From: Eledone cirrhosa
Taxonomy: Eukaryota
Length of the DNA: 64,000 nucleotides
Assembly (NCBI GenBank): GCA_964016885.1
Contig: OZ024740.1
Location: forward strand, 167,462,001 to 167,526,000
Direction of reading: 5' to 3'
Shown: positions 41,206-53,607 of the stretch, piece by piece
How the letters are laid out: each line of letters starts with the position of its first letter
How positions within the stretch are numbered: the stretch's first letter is position 1
The notes under the pieces: model-generated
Told to the model about the DNA's origin: nothing
The model's input: only the letters and a program-made list of their open reading frames with translations
Databases searched by the model: none
Position numbers and translations under genes: made by a program

Positions 41206-42114
41206 TATCATATAACCATTAACAAGTTTCTTCTAATAAAATTTATAAACCAACGTAATAATTAATTACAATTGTTCCATTAAAATCCATTCACAGCTTA
41301 CGCATACACTCGTATACAGAATAGCTTGCCAGACTTTAGCAATTAATGTCGTGTTTCATTTTCATTAATCGATACGTTTGTTTTCATTTTTAGATTCCGT
41401 TTGCTTTTTTCTCCTACGTTTTATATATTCTCTAAATACCTAATTATGTATTGGTTATAAATATAAATTATTCTCTACTGCTTTTCGGATGGTTTCACCA
41501 GGAAATACGAATCATTATACTCCCCGATAAACGACTTCAGATACTTGCATGTTTATGAAACGTTTATTGTTTCGTGAATTTCTTTATATCATTCTGTATA
41601 CATTACAGTTTGAAAGTATTATCTACAAAGTAAGCCTTATATGTGTATGCAGTGTTGTTCTGTATTTTAATTACTCGCGTCCTCTAAATTTTATATACAT
41701 TGCCGTTCAATTCACATAATATTGATGAACTTATATTATATTCAGTATTACTCTACTGATTTGCACGGATCTTTACACATGTTTATACAAAGACAAAGCA
41801 TATGTCAATATGTATTATTATATATTCATATTATATATTCATAGCAAATGAGCACATAATGATTTGTCCCGTGTTAAAATATATACGAGTCCATTTTTCA
41901 TGTCAATAATACTTGCATCGACAGAAATATTTCTATTTTCTATTTTGAGTTTAAGTACAATTTAATTTCCTAGCTGTAGATTAGGTTTAATCGTACAAAT
42001 AGTTTCAAATCTCATTACTTAGGAACATCTGACGTAAAATAGCTGCACATCTATCTGTTCGATCTATCTATTTCTATTTCTCTCACAGGCACACTCTATT
42101 TCTCCCCCCCCCCC

Positions 42115-42156
<42 letters not shown>

Positions 42157-42162
<6 letters not shown>

Positions 42163-44011
42163 AACGTTTCTCCTTCATCAGTGATCTTCCAACCATCATA
42201 GGCATTTCATCGATTTAAAGCCCATATACCTCCCGTTGGTGCGAGCAACGGCTAAAAAAAGTCGTTGGGACACGTAAATAAAGGGGACGCGAGAGTAAAC
42301 AAACAAAATGGTGAAGCAACAGAAAGTGAGGAAGAAAGAGACAAGTCCCAGATTTCTATGAATTTAAATTCGGTGAAATCGTGAACGAGAGAATAAAGAC
42401 CATCAAACCTGGTTGAAATGTGAGCAAGGAAAGAATTTCGCACAGGTCTAACGGGAGGAAGAAGGGGTCTGGTCTGCGAATTCGGTAAACATAAGTTCTG
42501 TGAAATCGTAGACGAGAGAGAGAAAAAATTCGGACCAGCTTGGCCAAGCGTGCGAAAGAAAAGAATTACACACAGGTCAAACGGGAAGAAAGAGGAGGAG
42601 GAGAGGTAGTGACAGAGAATGAGTGAGGAAGGGTGAGGAAGAGGCTAACAGAGAGAGAGACTGCTAGAAAGGGTAAAGATACATAGAACGAAAAATACGT
42701 GTAGCAGCATGGGAAAAAACATTTGTAAATATGATAATAAGGGTGCTGCGGAGTTGCAAATGGGTTACATATGAAAAAAGCACCGAATTTAAATTCATAG
42801 ATATCTGGGACTTGTCTCTTTCTTCCTCACTTTCTGTTGCTTCACCATTTTGTTTGTTTACCCTCGCGTCCCCTTTATTTACATGTCCCAACGACTTTCT
42901 TTAACCGTTGCTCGCACCAACCGGAGGTATATGGTCTTTAAAGAGATGAAATGCCTATGATGGTTGGAAGATAACTGATGAAGGACAAACTGTTTTCATA
43001 TGTAAGCCATTTGCAACTCCGCAGCGCCCTTATTATCATATTTACACATATGTTTTCCTCTGCTGCTACGCGTATTTTTCGTTCTATGTATCTTTACCCT
43101 TTCTAGCAGTCTCTCTCTCTGTTATCCTCTTCCTCACCCTTCACTCACTCATTCTCTGTAACTACCTCTCCTCCTCCTCTTTCTTCCCGTTTGACCTGTG
43201 TGTAATTCTTTTCTCTCGCACGCTTGGCCAAGCTGGTCCGAATGTTTTCTCTCTCTCGTCTACGATTTCACAGAACTTATGTTTACCGAATTCGCAGACC
43301 AGACCCCTTCTTCCTCCCGTTAGACCTGTGCGAAATTCCTTCCTTGCTCACATTTCAAACAGGTTTGATGGTCTTTATTCTCTCGTTCACGATTTCACCG
43401 AATTTAAATTCATAGAAATCTGGGACTTGTCTCTTTCTTCCTCACTTTCTGTTGCTTCACCATTTTGTTTATTTACCCTCGCGTCCCCTTTATTTACGTG
43501 TCCCAACGACTTTTTTTAGCCGTTGCTCGCACCAACCGGAGGTATATGGTCTTTAAAGCGCTGAAATGCCTATGATGGTTGGAAGACCACTGATGAAGGA
43601 CAAACTTTTTTCATATGTAACCCATTTGCAACTCCGCAGCGCCCTTATTATCATATTTACACATATTTTTTCCTCTGCTGCTACACGTATTTTTCGTTCT
43701 ATGTATCTTTACCCTTTCTAGCAGTCTCTCTCTCTGTTAGCCTCTTCCTCGCCCTTCACTCACTCATTCTCTGTCACTACCTCTCCTCCTCCTCTTTCTT
43801 CCCGTTTGACCTGTGTGTAATTCTTTTCTCTCGCACGCTTGGCCAAGCTGGTCCGAATGTTTTCTCTCTCTCGTCTACGATTTCACAGAACTTATGTTTA
43901 CCGAATTCGCAGACCAGACCCCTTCTTCCTCCCGTTAGACCTGTGCGAAATTCCTTCCTGGCTCACATTTCAACCAGGTTTGATCGTCTTTATTCTCTCG
44001 TTCACGATTTC
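42157..44011. repeat. 615-bp tandem repeat (two or more units) preceded by an inverted unit; runs into assembly gap
   Basis: caccgaatttaaattcatag recurs at 42781 and 43396 and the unit end recurs at 44011; 42157-42778 is the reverse complement; abuts (TA)n. Confidence 0.92.
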
Positions 44012-44211
44012 NNNNNNNNNNNNNNNNNNNNNNNNNNNNNNNNNNNNNNNNNNNNNNNNNNNNNNNNNNNNNNNNNNNNNNNNNNNNNNNNNNNNNNNNN
44101 NNNNNNNNNNNNNNNNNNNNNNNNNNNNNNNNNNNNNNNNNNNNNNNNNNNNNNNNNNNNNNNNNNNNNNNNNNNNNNNNNNNNNNNNNNNNNNNNNNNN
44201 NNNNNNNNNNN
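44012..44211. other. Assembly gap (200 N)
   Basis: Run of n. Confidence 1.
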
Positions 44212-44230
44212 ATATATATTATATATATAT

Positions 44231-44505
44231 AGTAATAATAATAAAATGTGACGACTAAAATCCAAAGACGGCTCGATAAGGATAAATATATATCAAATAT
44301 ATAAGAACCATAGAGCAAATATTTATTAAAATAACAGATTAAAGTTTAAGCAAAGATTTGCTGCTTTCACCATTAACGGGATCTTCTGAAACTCACATGA
44401 TTTATATCCGATATGTTGATATCCTCATTTTCTGAGTTTCAGAAGATCCTGTTAAGGCTGAAAGCAGTGATTCTTTGCTTAAACTCTTATCTGTTATTTT
44501 AATAT
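44231..44505. mobile_element. Fold-back mini-element with two CAGAAGA-type HHR motifs (44343-44393 -, 44434-44486 +)
   Basis: Homologous to 15407-15606; gagttt/aaactc stem I in the + copy. Confidence 0.72.
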
Positions 44506-44548
<43 letters not shown>

Positions 44549-44569
44549 TATATATCTATATATATTAAT

Positions 44570-45965
44570 AACAGAAGAATAAACGAACAAGTATTGAGAT
44601 GCACAAAATATTATTTACGTTACGCTTACGAATAAGTAAATGAGGATATCAACATATCGGATATAAGTCCTTCTTCAGAAAATTAAAAAAACGTCATAGA
44701 GAGAAGTGAGGAGTGACAAGGAGGGCAAAAAAACAATGAAGGAGGACAGGTGAATAGTCCGACGTGCAGGATTGTGGGTGGATGGAGTGTGAAGGTGCGT
44801 CATGGATGCTATTATATGTGCGCCGATGGAGTGGATATCGTGTATGTGCATTATTACTTCTGTGTGTGTATCATTTGTGAATCGTTGATGGATGTTTGCG
44901 TTTGAGAATGTATCTACGAATGTGTAGGAATGTTTTGTGTAGATTTTGGTGAGTACACGTGTGCGTGTGTTATAGTCGTGTGTTTCTGAAACATGTTATG
45001 TACCTTTATGTGAGCATGTGAGTATATGTTTGTTTATGTTTTTATTGAGTTTATATGGTCATTTGTCAGTGTATGTAGGTGTATTTATGCGATTGGTTGT
45101 ATAAACTTGTATGGTTGTCTGTATCCGATTGTGTTATCATCCAGGCCTGGAATGGAAGCAAGCTGGAAATCAAGGTAAGTAGAATCCTAAGGTATGGGCT
45201 ATTTCAGGAAGAGGTCAGAGGAATAATGGGTGAGGTGGCTGTGTGTAGCGCACTAAAACTGAAGTGATATGAGGCAAGGGTGGAGTAACTCAGAATGAAG
45301 TGGTAGGGCAGTTACGAGGGTCACTATGAGGGCAAGCTGTTGGGCCTATTCGTGGTGGTCATGGTAGTGTGTTTGTGTATTTGTTAGTGTGTACTGATAG
45401 TAAAGAGATGTAGTGTTAATGTTTAAGATTGCAGTGTAGAATACTTGGTCGTATTAATATTATTTACTTAATAAGTATCGTTAGTAGAATTTGATGTGCA
45501 CAATTCTCTATTGTCATATTGTAGATATTAGAGTTAGGGCGTCTCTGTTGAAGAGAATGTCCTGTTACTATAATTATTTCTTTATTTTGCAGCGTCAGTA
45601 AATTTCGATGTATATATATGATCGTGTTGGGGGGAACTAATTAATTATTTGCGTTGGCGGGTATATCTGCGTTTTAGTATCTAAATGAGTTAGTTTGTAT
45701 ATGTACGCGTGTGAATGGTTGTGATGGTGAAGTTGTAGTGCACGTATGTAGGTTGATGTGAGTGTTGGAAAATAGCAGGCTACACGAAAAGTGGCTGGGC
45801 ATTTCGGTCGTGTGTAGTAAAGGTTTGGAGAGATAAAATATGGTGCTGTTCTCTCCCCAGTCGTGCGTCACGGGTCCGAGGATAGCAAGGAGGCCGAAGA
45901 CTCTGAGGTAGTGAGTGGACTATTCGGTGAAGAGGAAATATCGGACGACTGAAGACTAGCTGCAG
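44570..45965 (-). mobile_element. Decayed Penelope-like segment ending in a degenerate minimal HHR
   Basis: Minus ctgaagaaggacttatatccgatatgtt at ~44651-44678; CA-rich strand-biased body. Confidence 0.4.
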
Positions 45966-46049
45966 AGCTATATACATAGACATAAACATATAAATATTCA
46001 TATACATATACACACACTCCGCGCGCGCGCATATATATATATATATATA

Positions 46050-47723
46050 AGGAAAAAATATGAAATCGAAAATGTAACTGCAGTCTATTTTTTCTTAAAT
46101 ATATTTATTTGGTTCCTTTACCGGTTTCGCAGTTCTTGTGCTTTTCAAAAGTAGAATTGAGATGGAGGGTTTGTGGTTTTTCTCACATCTGCTTGGTGTT
46201 CGAATGTTACTTCTGTTTTATATGGAAAAAAGTGGCTCGAAATGCTAGGTTTTTAGAGAAGTAATTTTGTTTTGTTGATGACTGTCATGTGAATAAGTAT
46301 AATATTTTTTGCGCCAGTTCGCGTTACAAAGTTCTTCAAAAAAAAGGGGGGGGGGGCAGGGCCCAGATTGTTTTTTCATATATGAATGAAGTTGGGTTGG
46401 TTTATGCAGTCACGTGAATAAGCACATCAGCTTTCGCGCCATTCGTGTTTGAATTTCTTTTTACTTACCAAAAAGGGGCACACGAAAGCTTTTTTTATAA
46501 ATGTAAATTGATTGGTTATAAATGAAATTATGACTGTCATGTGAACAAGTACATTAAATTTCGCGCCCGTATTTGGGAAATTATTTTGTAGCCTTGTAGA
46601 GAATGTTGTGCCAAACAAAAGATAATGGTCAAGAAAAACGGGATGGGGAGAATTGTTCTGGTTCAGTGAATATGGCTGGTGTGCTGGGGTGTCAAAATTC
46701 AGACTTTCTATTGAAATAAAGAAAGTAGAGATAAGTATGTTTATTTGTGTGCTGGTGTGTGTGTAGCAGGATGATTCTATTAGTAGAAATGGGGGAGGGA
46801 GTTGTGTGTGTGTGTATGTATGGCTGTTGTATGTATGGGTGTTATATGTGTGTATGTGTGTGTGGGAGTATGGTTAGCATATTAAGATAGAGAGAATATA
46901 TATATTTTGTGTGTGTGTGTGTAGGAAAATGATTCGGTTAGTAGAAATGGGGGAGGGAGTTATGTGTGTGTGAGGTTTTGGTTAGCATGTTAAGGTGTTA
47001 GAGTATTAAAGTATGTTAGGTTTTATTTAGCTCTCGTTTTTATTTTCGAAAATAGAAGGTGTTATGTGTGTGTGTATATGTCTGTTTGGATCGTTACAAT
47101 GTTATGGTGTTGATATAATGTAGATTAAACTATATTTAATGCTGGTCTATATTTTTGAATAAACATATTTTCCTTATTTATTCGTATTTGTACTGTTGTA
47201 TCGTCAGCGCAAAAATAAAATGAGATCACTTGGAATGATGGTGTCTTATTACTTGCGCATATGTCTAGATGTGCACTGAGTGGTATAGGTCTTGTGGTAG
47301 GGTCTCGTAATTGTTGGCGATGAATTTTCATTCTGTTTCTGGGTGAGTTTATTTTGTCCTATATAATCTTCATTGCATCCTTTACATTTAATGGCATAAA
47401 GTATATTTTTTGATGAGCAAGTGAAGTGATTTTTTACAGCAAAATTGTGTCCATGATTCAAATGTTGCCTTCAATGAGGTGAATGCAGGTTCAACAATTA
47501 GAGCGACCACATTTTTTGACAGTTGGTTGTGGGTTTGTGGTAGGTAATTTGGCATTGGTGAGTAATGTTTTTAGTGATTTCGGTTGCCTTTTGCTTTTGA
47601 TTATTTTGTGTGTTTCAAGGGCTTTTTTTCATTCTTGAAAAAAGACCCAAGAATCAAAAAAGCCTTTGAAACACACAAAATAATCAAAAGAAAAAGACAA
47701 ACGAAATCACTAAAAACATTACT
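46050..47723 (-). mobile_element. Penelope-like (Neptune-type) 3' fragment: Zn finger + GIY-YIG + pLTR, with 5' inverted duplication
   Basis: KCGRSNC*TC, HFTCSSKNILYAIKCKGCNEDYIGQ, E..FIQKYRPALN; palindrome 47560-47723. Confidence 0.85.
46113..46156 (-). ncRNA. Minimal HHR, U3-A8 variant
   Basis: ctt-TTGAAAA-gca(caagaac)tgc-GAAA-ccgg-TA-aag, in the pLTR position downstream of the GIY-YIG ORF. Confidence 0.7.
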
Positions 47724-47749
47724 CACACACACACACATACATATATATC

Positions 47750-48745
47750 CCCAAGAAGATAGTGGACCTGATATCATTGCTCTACACCAACGCCAAAGCC
47801 CAAGTCATTACACCTGATGGGATGACAGAGTTCTTTGAGATACTGGCTGGAGTGCTCCAGGGAGATACATTGGCTCCCTACTTTATCATCGTAGTGGACT
47901 ATTGTATGCGCCTTGCACTGGAGAAACGCCAGGACTCTGGCTTTACTGGAGCACCGGCTCAGAGCAGGAGAGTTAAGACGAAAAAGATATCGGATGCTGA
48001 ATTTGCCGACGACATAGATTCGGTGACAAATACAGTGAGGGAGGCAGAGGATTTGATGCAGGAGGTTTAGACTGTGTCGATGAGTGTGAGGCTGAGAATA
48101 AATGAGACTAAAACAAAATATCTGGTAGAGAAAGTTGAGAAGCCAGAGGGGATCACTAATGTAGGCGGGAAGCCGCTAGAATTGATTGAGGACTTCCTGT
48201 ATTTGGGAGCAAAGAATGGGAATACGGAAGGTGATGTGGTTGAGAGAAAGAGCAAAGCCTGGGCGACGTGCCACTGCTTGAGAGATCGGTGTGGAAGTAG
48301 GACCTTCGTAAAGACCTAAAAATCCCCCTCTTCATTGCTGTAGTGGAGTTTGTGCTGCTGTACGGGTCTGAGACTTGGACACTGACCAGGAAACTCACTC
48401 AGATGGTGGGTGGGTGCTACACGAGAATGCTGAACATGGTTCTGAACATTAATCAGTATACACTGAGGATGAAAAGCTCAGAACTGTATGGGATTGTCAC
48501 AAAAGTCAGCTCAAATGTGACACAGAGGAGACTGAGGTTAGCTGGACATGCTCACCGACATCCAGAGTTGACATGGGAGCCCCTACATGGACACACTAGA
48601 AGAGGAAGACCAAGGTTAACATATGTTGATGCACTATGGACAGACACTGGTCTGTTGGAGACGCAGGACATGGCAGCGATAATGAGGGACAGAGACCGCT
48701 GGAGAGAACTCGTCCATGGATCTCGGGAATTTTACCCGCCCTAGA
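47750..48745 (+). mobile_element. RTE-clade LINE 3' fragment
   Basis: GVLQGDTLAPY, EFADDI, INETKTKY, FLYLG, LLYGSETWTLT, DRDRWR; ends in (TA)n. Confidence 0.9.
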
Positions 48746-48774
48746 ATATATATATATATATATATATACATATT

Positions 48775-48943
48775 TAACAAAGAAGGTGTGGTAAGATACC
48801 AAGTGAACCATAACACACCAGAGGAAGCCATACTTAGGATAGTAGAGTGGATAATAGAAAAAGAGTCAGGACGCCGACGGCTGAGCTCCGGCCGTTTCGA
48901 CAGCTAGATCCGAATCCTATGCGCTCGGATTTAGCTGCCGAAA
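48775..48943 (-). mobile_element. Fold-back pLTR-like insertion with 3' half of an HHR (GUC site)
   Basis: Minus gctgtc-GAAA-cggc(cggagctca)gccg-TC; inverted repeat 48895-48943; family of 12106-12335. Confidence 0.65.
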
Positions 48944-48953
48944 TATATCTATC

Positions 48954-48980
<27 letters not shown>

Positions 48981-48986
<6 letters not shown>

Positions 48987-49575
48987 GTAAAAAGTGTACA
49001 TCTACATATGTATACGGAAATATTAGTATGCATATAAATACACACATGTATACATATGTACATGTACTGAGTTTTTCACTGGACACTTTACTGTGAGTGT
49101 CCAGCTAGTCTGTATGTAACCAAACAGACAAACCGGGTTTTAGAGTCATACGGGTTTTCAAGGAAACACATTTCCTCTATTCTCCAGAGAGCCAGACAGT
49201 ACAATGACTCACGTTCTATGCAAATTGGTCTGCCCACTACTAATTTTCATAGAAAAAGCATATAACGATATGTGCTTTTACGATTCTCTAGAGAAGCCGG
49301 AAGATAGGTATATATTGCTGATGAGATGTAATAACATCGAAACTAGTCCAATATTCCTGTCTGGCTCTCTGGAGAATAGAGGAAATGTGTTTCCTTGAAA
49401 ACCCGTATGACTCTAAAACCCGGTTTGTCTGTTTGGTTACATACAGACTAGCTGGACACTCACAGTAAAGTGTCCAGTGAAAAACTCAGTACATGTACAT
49501 ATGTATACATGTGTGTATTTATATGCATACTAATATTTCCGTATACATATGTAGATGTACACTTTTAACTTAATT
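48981..49575. mobile_element. Near-perfect ~219-bp inverted repeat with an HHR in the spacer
   Basis: 48981-49199 is the reverse complement of 49357-49575; (TA)n flanks. Confidence 0.85.
49312..49354 (+). ncRNA. Canonical minimal type I hammerhead ribozyme
   Basis: atattg-CTGATGA-gatgt(aata)acatc-GAAA-c(ta)g-TC-caatat; all helices Watson-Crick, palindromic ACTAGT stem III, GUC site at 49348. Confidence 0.93.
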
Positions 49576-49642
49576 GTTTAAGCGTCAGTCATACAAAAGT
49601 GAGTTAGAAGCGAAACGAAATTTAATTTCGTTTCGTTATTTG

Positions 49643-49720
<78 letters not shown>

Positions 49721-51120
49721 TATAGATTTGGCTTTTTCATTCTATATCAAGTGCAATCCCTAGAAATGTAAACCTCGATTCTAGAATGGTTGATCTTATA
49801 GCAATGACGTACAGGAAGAGATTTAGTATTATATATGATATCAAAGCAGCGAAACAGGAGTTGAATCACCAAGAATCTTATATTTTACGTTGGCATTACT
49901 ATGGCTTAGTTTTTCATATTATCTGTAAGGTGAATGAAAATTGTGCATGGCTTGAGCCTAAGCTCAGTTTAGAAAAGTATCACAGTTGCTTTGAAACTAT
50001 GCTAACGCAATTTATTTATATGGATAAAGTGAATTCGGCTGAAATTAACTCGATTTTCTAGAGACACGTAGACACGTCTGTCAAAAGGTATGAACCGACC
50101 ATTTATAAACCCATATCTGATGACTTATCCTGACTAACTTTAAGATTTCTCCACTACCTACCTCTTTACATAAGATTTCTATCTTCAACTATGTGGACTT
50201 GCCCCTGAGTGTTAAATACCTGAAATTGTAAGTGAGAACTACATTGTCTTGTTTTGCCACTAGCCTTTGTGAAAGGCATATTCTGAATTATATGCATTTT
50301 CAAATAATCATACAGTCAGTTACATTAAGCGATCACACACATTGAACTACATCCAGGCGCATATACACACCAGACTCCCACAGTAGCACGAGCACGTACA
50401 CATACAAACACACACGTAAACAATGTGAAATGTAGAGGTATCTTATACATAGTAAGTAGGCATACTATAACTAACTGCTAAATATCACATAAACAAGACA
50501 CTAATCACTTAATAAAATATAGGATACAGATAACAACGTAGTCCTTGATACTCTGTAGCAAATAAAGAAAAGATGAGATGATTCTAACCATTAAGACATT
50601 TAGTGTCTAGTACTAGGTTCAATTTTTCATCACTTTCTTACTTCTATTCTCTCATTCGCTATCCTTCTTTGAAAGAAATATCTGGCATCTAAACTGGAAA
50701 GGAAGTATTACAAAATACCCTAGAAACGCTGTATATCAATACGGTGAATCTCCGACACTCCCTTGGGAGTTACGGGTCCATACATAGATTAATATTTGTA
50801 AGTATTTCGACAGGAGTTGGATGTAAGATGTCAAAAGAATACAGGGAAGCATTTTATCTACTGTTCTACCACAAATAAATTATTACAGTTTATGAAAAAA
50901 CATCTAGAAAGTTATAATTATTATCGATGTTATTCTCATTAATATGTTTCTTGTCGCCTGAGACACACTAGAAGAAATTATACAACAGTTAATTTGTTTG
51001 GTTTAATTTAATATTGATCCGTGAAATTGAATTATTAAATATGGTTTTCCCATAAATGAGAACTTCTACAAGTGAATACGAATGGAGTGAGAAAGAAGAA
51101 ATAGGTTCCCTGCTGTTGTG

Positions 51121-51391
51121 AAGAAGAAGAAGAAGAAGAAGAAGAAGAAGAAGAAGAAGAAGAAGAAGAAGAAGAAGAAGAAGAAGAAGAAGAAGAAGAA
51201 AAATTGTTTCTTCTTTTGGCACAAGGCCAGCAATTACCCAGTGCATTATTAGTACTTTATTTTATCGACCCCGTAAGGATGAAAGGCAAAGTTAACATTG
51301 GCGGGATTTAAACTCAGACCGTAAAGGGCCGTAACTCTTTGCCGCAAAGCATGGCGTCAGACCCTATACCGATACTGCCAATCCACTGCCT
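51121..51391 (-). mobile_element. Full Nin-domain tRNA-SINE with (TTC)n tail
   Basis: A-box tggcagtatcggt, B-box-like gagtttaaatcc, Nin core; (AAG)n 51121-51200 on + strand. Confidence 0.85.
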
Positions 51392-51580
51392 TTAACAAAT
51401 AATGACCAGAGATGGTTCAACTGCCAGGGAAATGTATCTCCACAAACCTGTATAATATCTATTAAAATATATCTACTGTGTATTTCCTGTAAAATGTTGA
51501 TCACACTGGAAAGTTGATGGCAAAGGTATATATATATATATATAAAAGATCAAAAGACCATTTTAAATGATTTATTTAAG

Positions 51581-51632
<52 letters not shown>

Positions 51633-51654
51633 TATATATATATATGATAATGAG

Positions 51655-53585
51655 AGGGCAACGAAAGAAAGCAAGACCATAGAAAATATTAGAACAAACC
51701 CTAAGGCCTTCTTTAAATTTGCAAAAGAAACTGCCTCGGTACACTGCAAAATTGGGCCACTCTTCCATACAGACGGTTCATTAACCGAGAATCCGCAAGA
51801 GATAAATGAAATACTGAACGAAAAGTACAAACGTGTGTTCACATGTCCACTGATGCACATGCAAATAACAAAGCCAGAGGAGTTCTTTGATACCACAACA
51901 CTACATGAAAAAATGGCGACCATCGACCACATAGACATAACGGAGGAGGATGTGGTATAAGCCATAGATTAAATTAGAACAGACTCAGCTGCTGGACCTG
52001 ATGGATTCCCAGCAGCCCTCTTAAAAACATATAAGCGGGCCTTAGCAACTCCACTGAAGACGCTCTTCAGAAGCTCCTTGACTAGCGGTATACTACTCAC
52101 AATATGCCTTATCCATAAACGAGGTAGCAGAGTGGAGGCCAAAAACTATAGGCCAGTCTCTTTGACGTCACATATCAGTAAGGTCATGGAGCGAGTCATC
52201 AGATAGAAACTGATCACTTTCCTCGAGGAAAATGACCGCCTGACTAGCACGCAGCATGGCTTTCGCCCAGGAAGAAGCTGCCTTACACAGCTGCTACATC
52301 ACTACGACGGGGTACTGAAACAACTGCTAGACAGCTCACAAGTGGACGTGATATATCTTGACTTTGCGAAGGCCTTTGACAAGGTCGACCACGGAATGAT
52401 ATGTCACAAACTACACGGACTCGGCATAACTGGAAAAGTAGGTAAGTGGCTACACAACTTCTTAAAGGACAGAAGCCAGACAGTCGCAGCAAACGGGGCC
52501 CCTCAAAGGAAACATCAATTACAAGTGGGGTGCCCCAAAGGACAGTCCTGGGACCACTACTGTTTTTGGTGGCTGTCTCAGACATGCCCTCTGTAGTACA
52601 TACAACATCCCTCACTAGCTATGCTGAGGACACTAAGGTAGCACAGGCAATCAAAAACCCGGTTGACGCTGTCCTTTTACAACAAGACCTGGATGCCCTA
52701 TACAAGTGGGCGGAAGACAACAACATGCAGTTTAATGCTGGCAAATTCCAAGCCCTACAATACAAACCTGCAAACACAAATACAGTACACCACAGTTACG
52801 CAAGACCAGGAGGGACCGATATCCCCGTGTCAAATTCGATACGAGACCTGGGTATAGACATGAGCGATGATGCATCTTTTTCCTCACACACCATGAAAGT
52901 GGCGACAATGTTCAGACGACTCACTGGCTAGATCTTGAGGACTTTCCGGGCAAGAGCCCGAGACACCATGTTGAAACTATGGAGGACATTTCTCCTAAAC
53001 CGCCTGGACTATTGCTCCCAGTTGTGGTCACCACATAGTGTCAAACTATCTACTGAACTTGAGGCAATCCAGCGAAGCTACACCAAGAGGATTGCGGCGA
53101 TGAAAGAGGTAAGCTACTGGGAGAGGCTAAACGAACTTAACCTCTTCTCCTTGGAACGAAGACGGGAGAGATACGCAGTGATCTACATGTAGAAAATCCT
53201 GGAGGGACTAGCACCAAACTTTGGCATTGGGAGCTGGACCAACCGTTGTACAGACGTCACTGTGTGGTGCCACATCTAGAATAAGGAGCAGATATTACGA
53301 GAGCCTGGGGTTCAAGGGCCCTCAACTCTTCAAAAGCTGCCGAGGGATCTGAGAGATCTGCATGGTGTGGATGTGGATGTCTTCAAGAAACATCTCGATA
53401 CCTTGCTATCCAGTATCCCGGATGAGCCGACAGCAAGGCACGAGGGAAACCTAAGGACAGCAGGAACGAACTCCCTATTGCACCCGTGGCCAACCAATAC
53501 AGGCTGGAGATAAAATATGTTGCAACAAGGGCGGTGCCCCAGCATGGCTTCAGCCGGATGGCTGGAACAGGTAAAAGAGTAAAAG
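51655..53585 (+). mobile_element. CR1-group LINE RT fragment, 5'-truncated, inserted in (TA)n
   Basis: AGPDG, NYRPVSLTS, QHGFRPGRSC, YLDFAKAFDKVDH, SGVPQ.TVLGPLLF, YAEDTK, RLDYCSQLWSP, LFSLERRR. Confidence 0.92.
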
Positions 53586-53607
53586 AATATATATATATAT
53601 ATATATA

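Noticed and set aside
42252-43519. Repeated 63-aa ORFs (MAKLVR.., MRNSFLAH..) in the 615-bp unit
   Set aside because: Non-ATG starts, overlapping frames, no recognisable domain; recurrence is explained by recent duplication
43839-44318. ORFs spanning the N run
   Set aside because: Artefacts of the assembly gap
51290-51391. tRNA-like A/B boxes
   Set aside because: Head of a multi-copy SINE; no cloverleaf or acceptor stem
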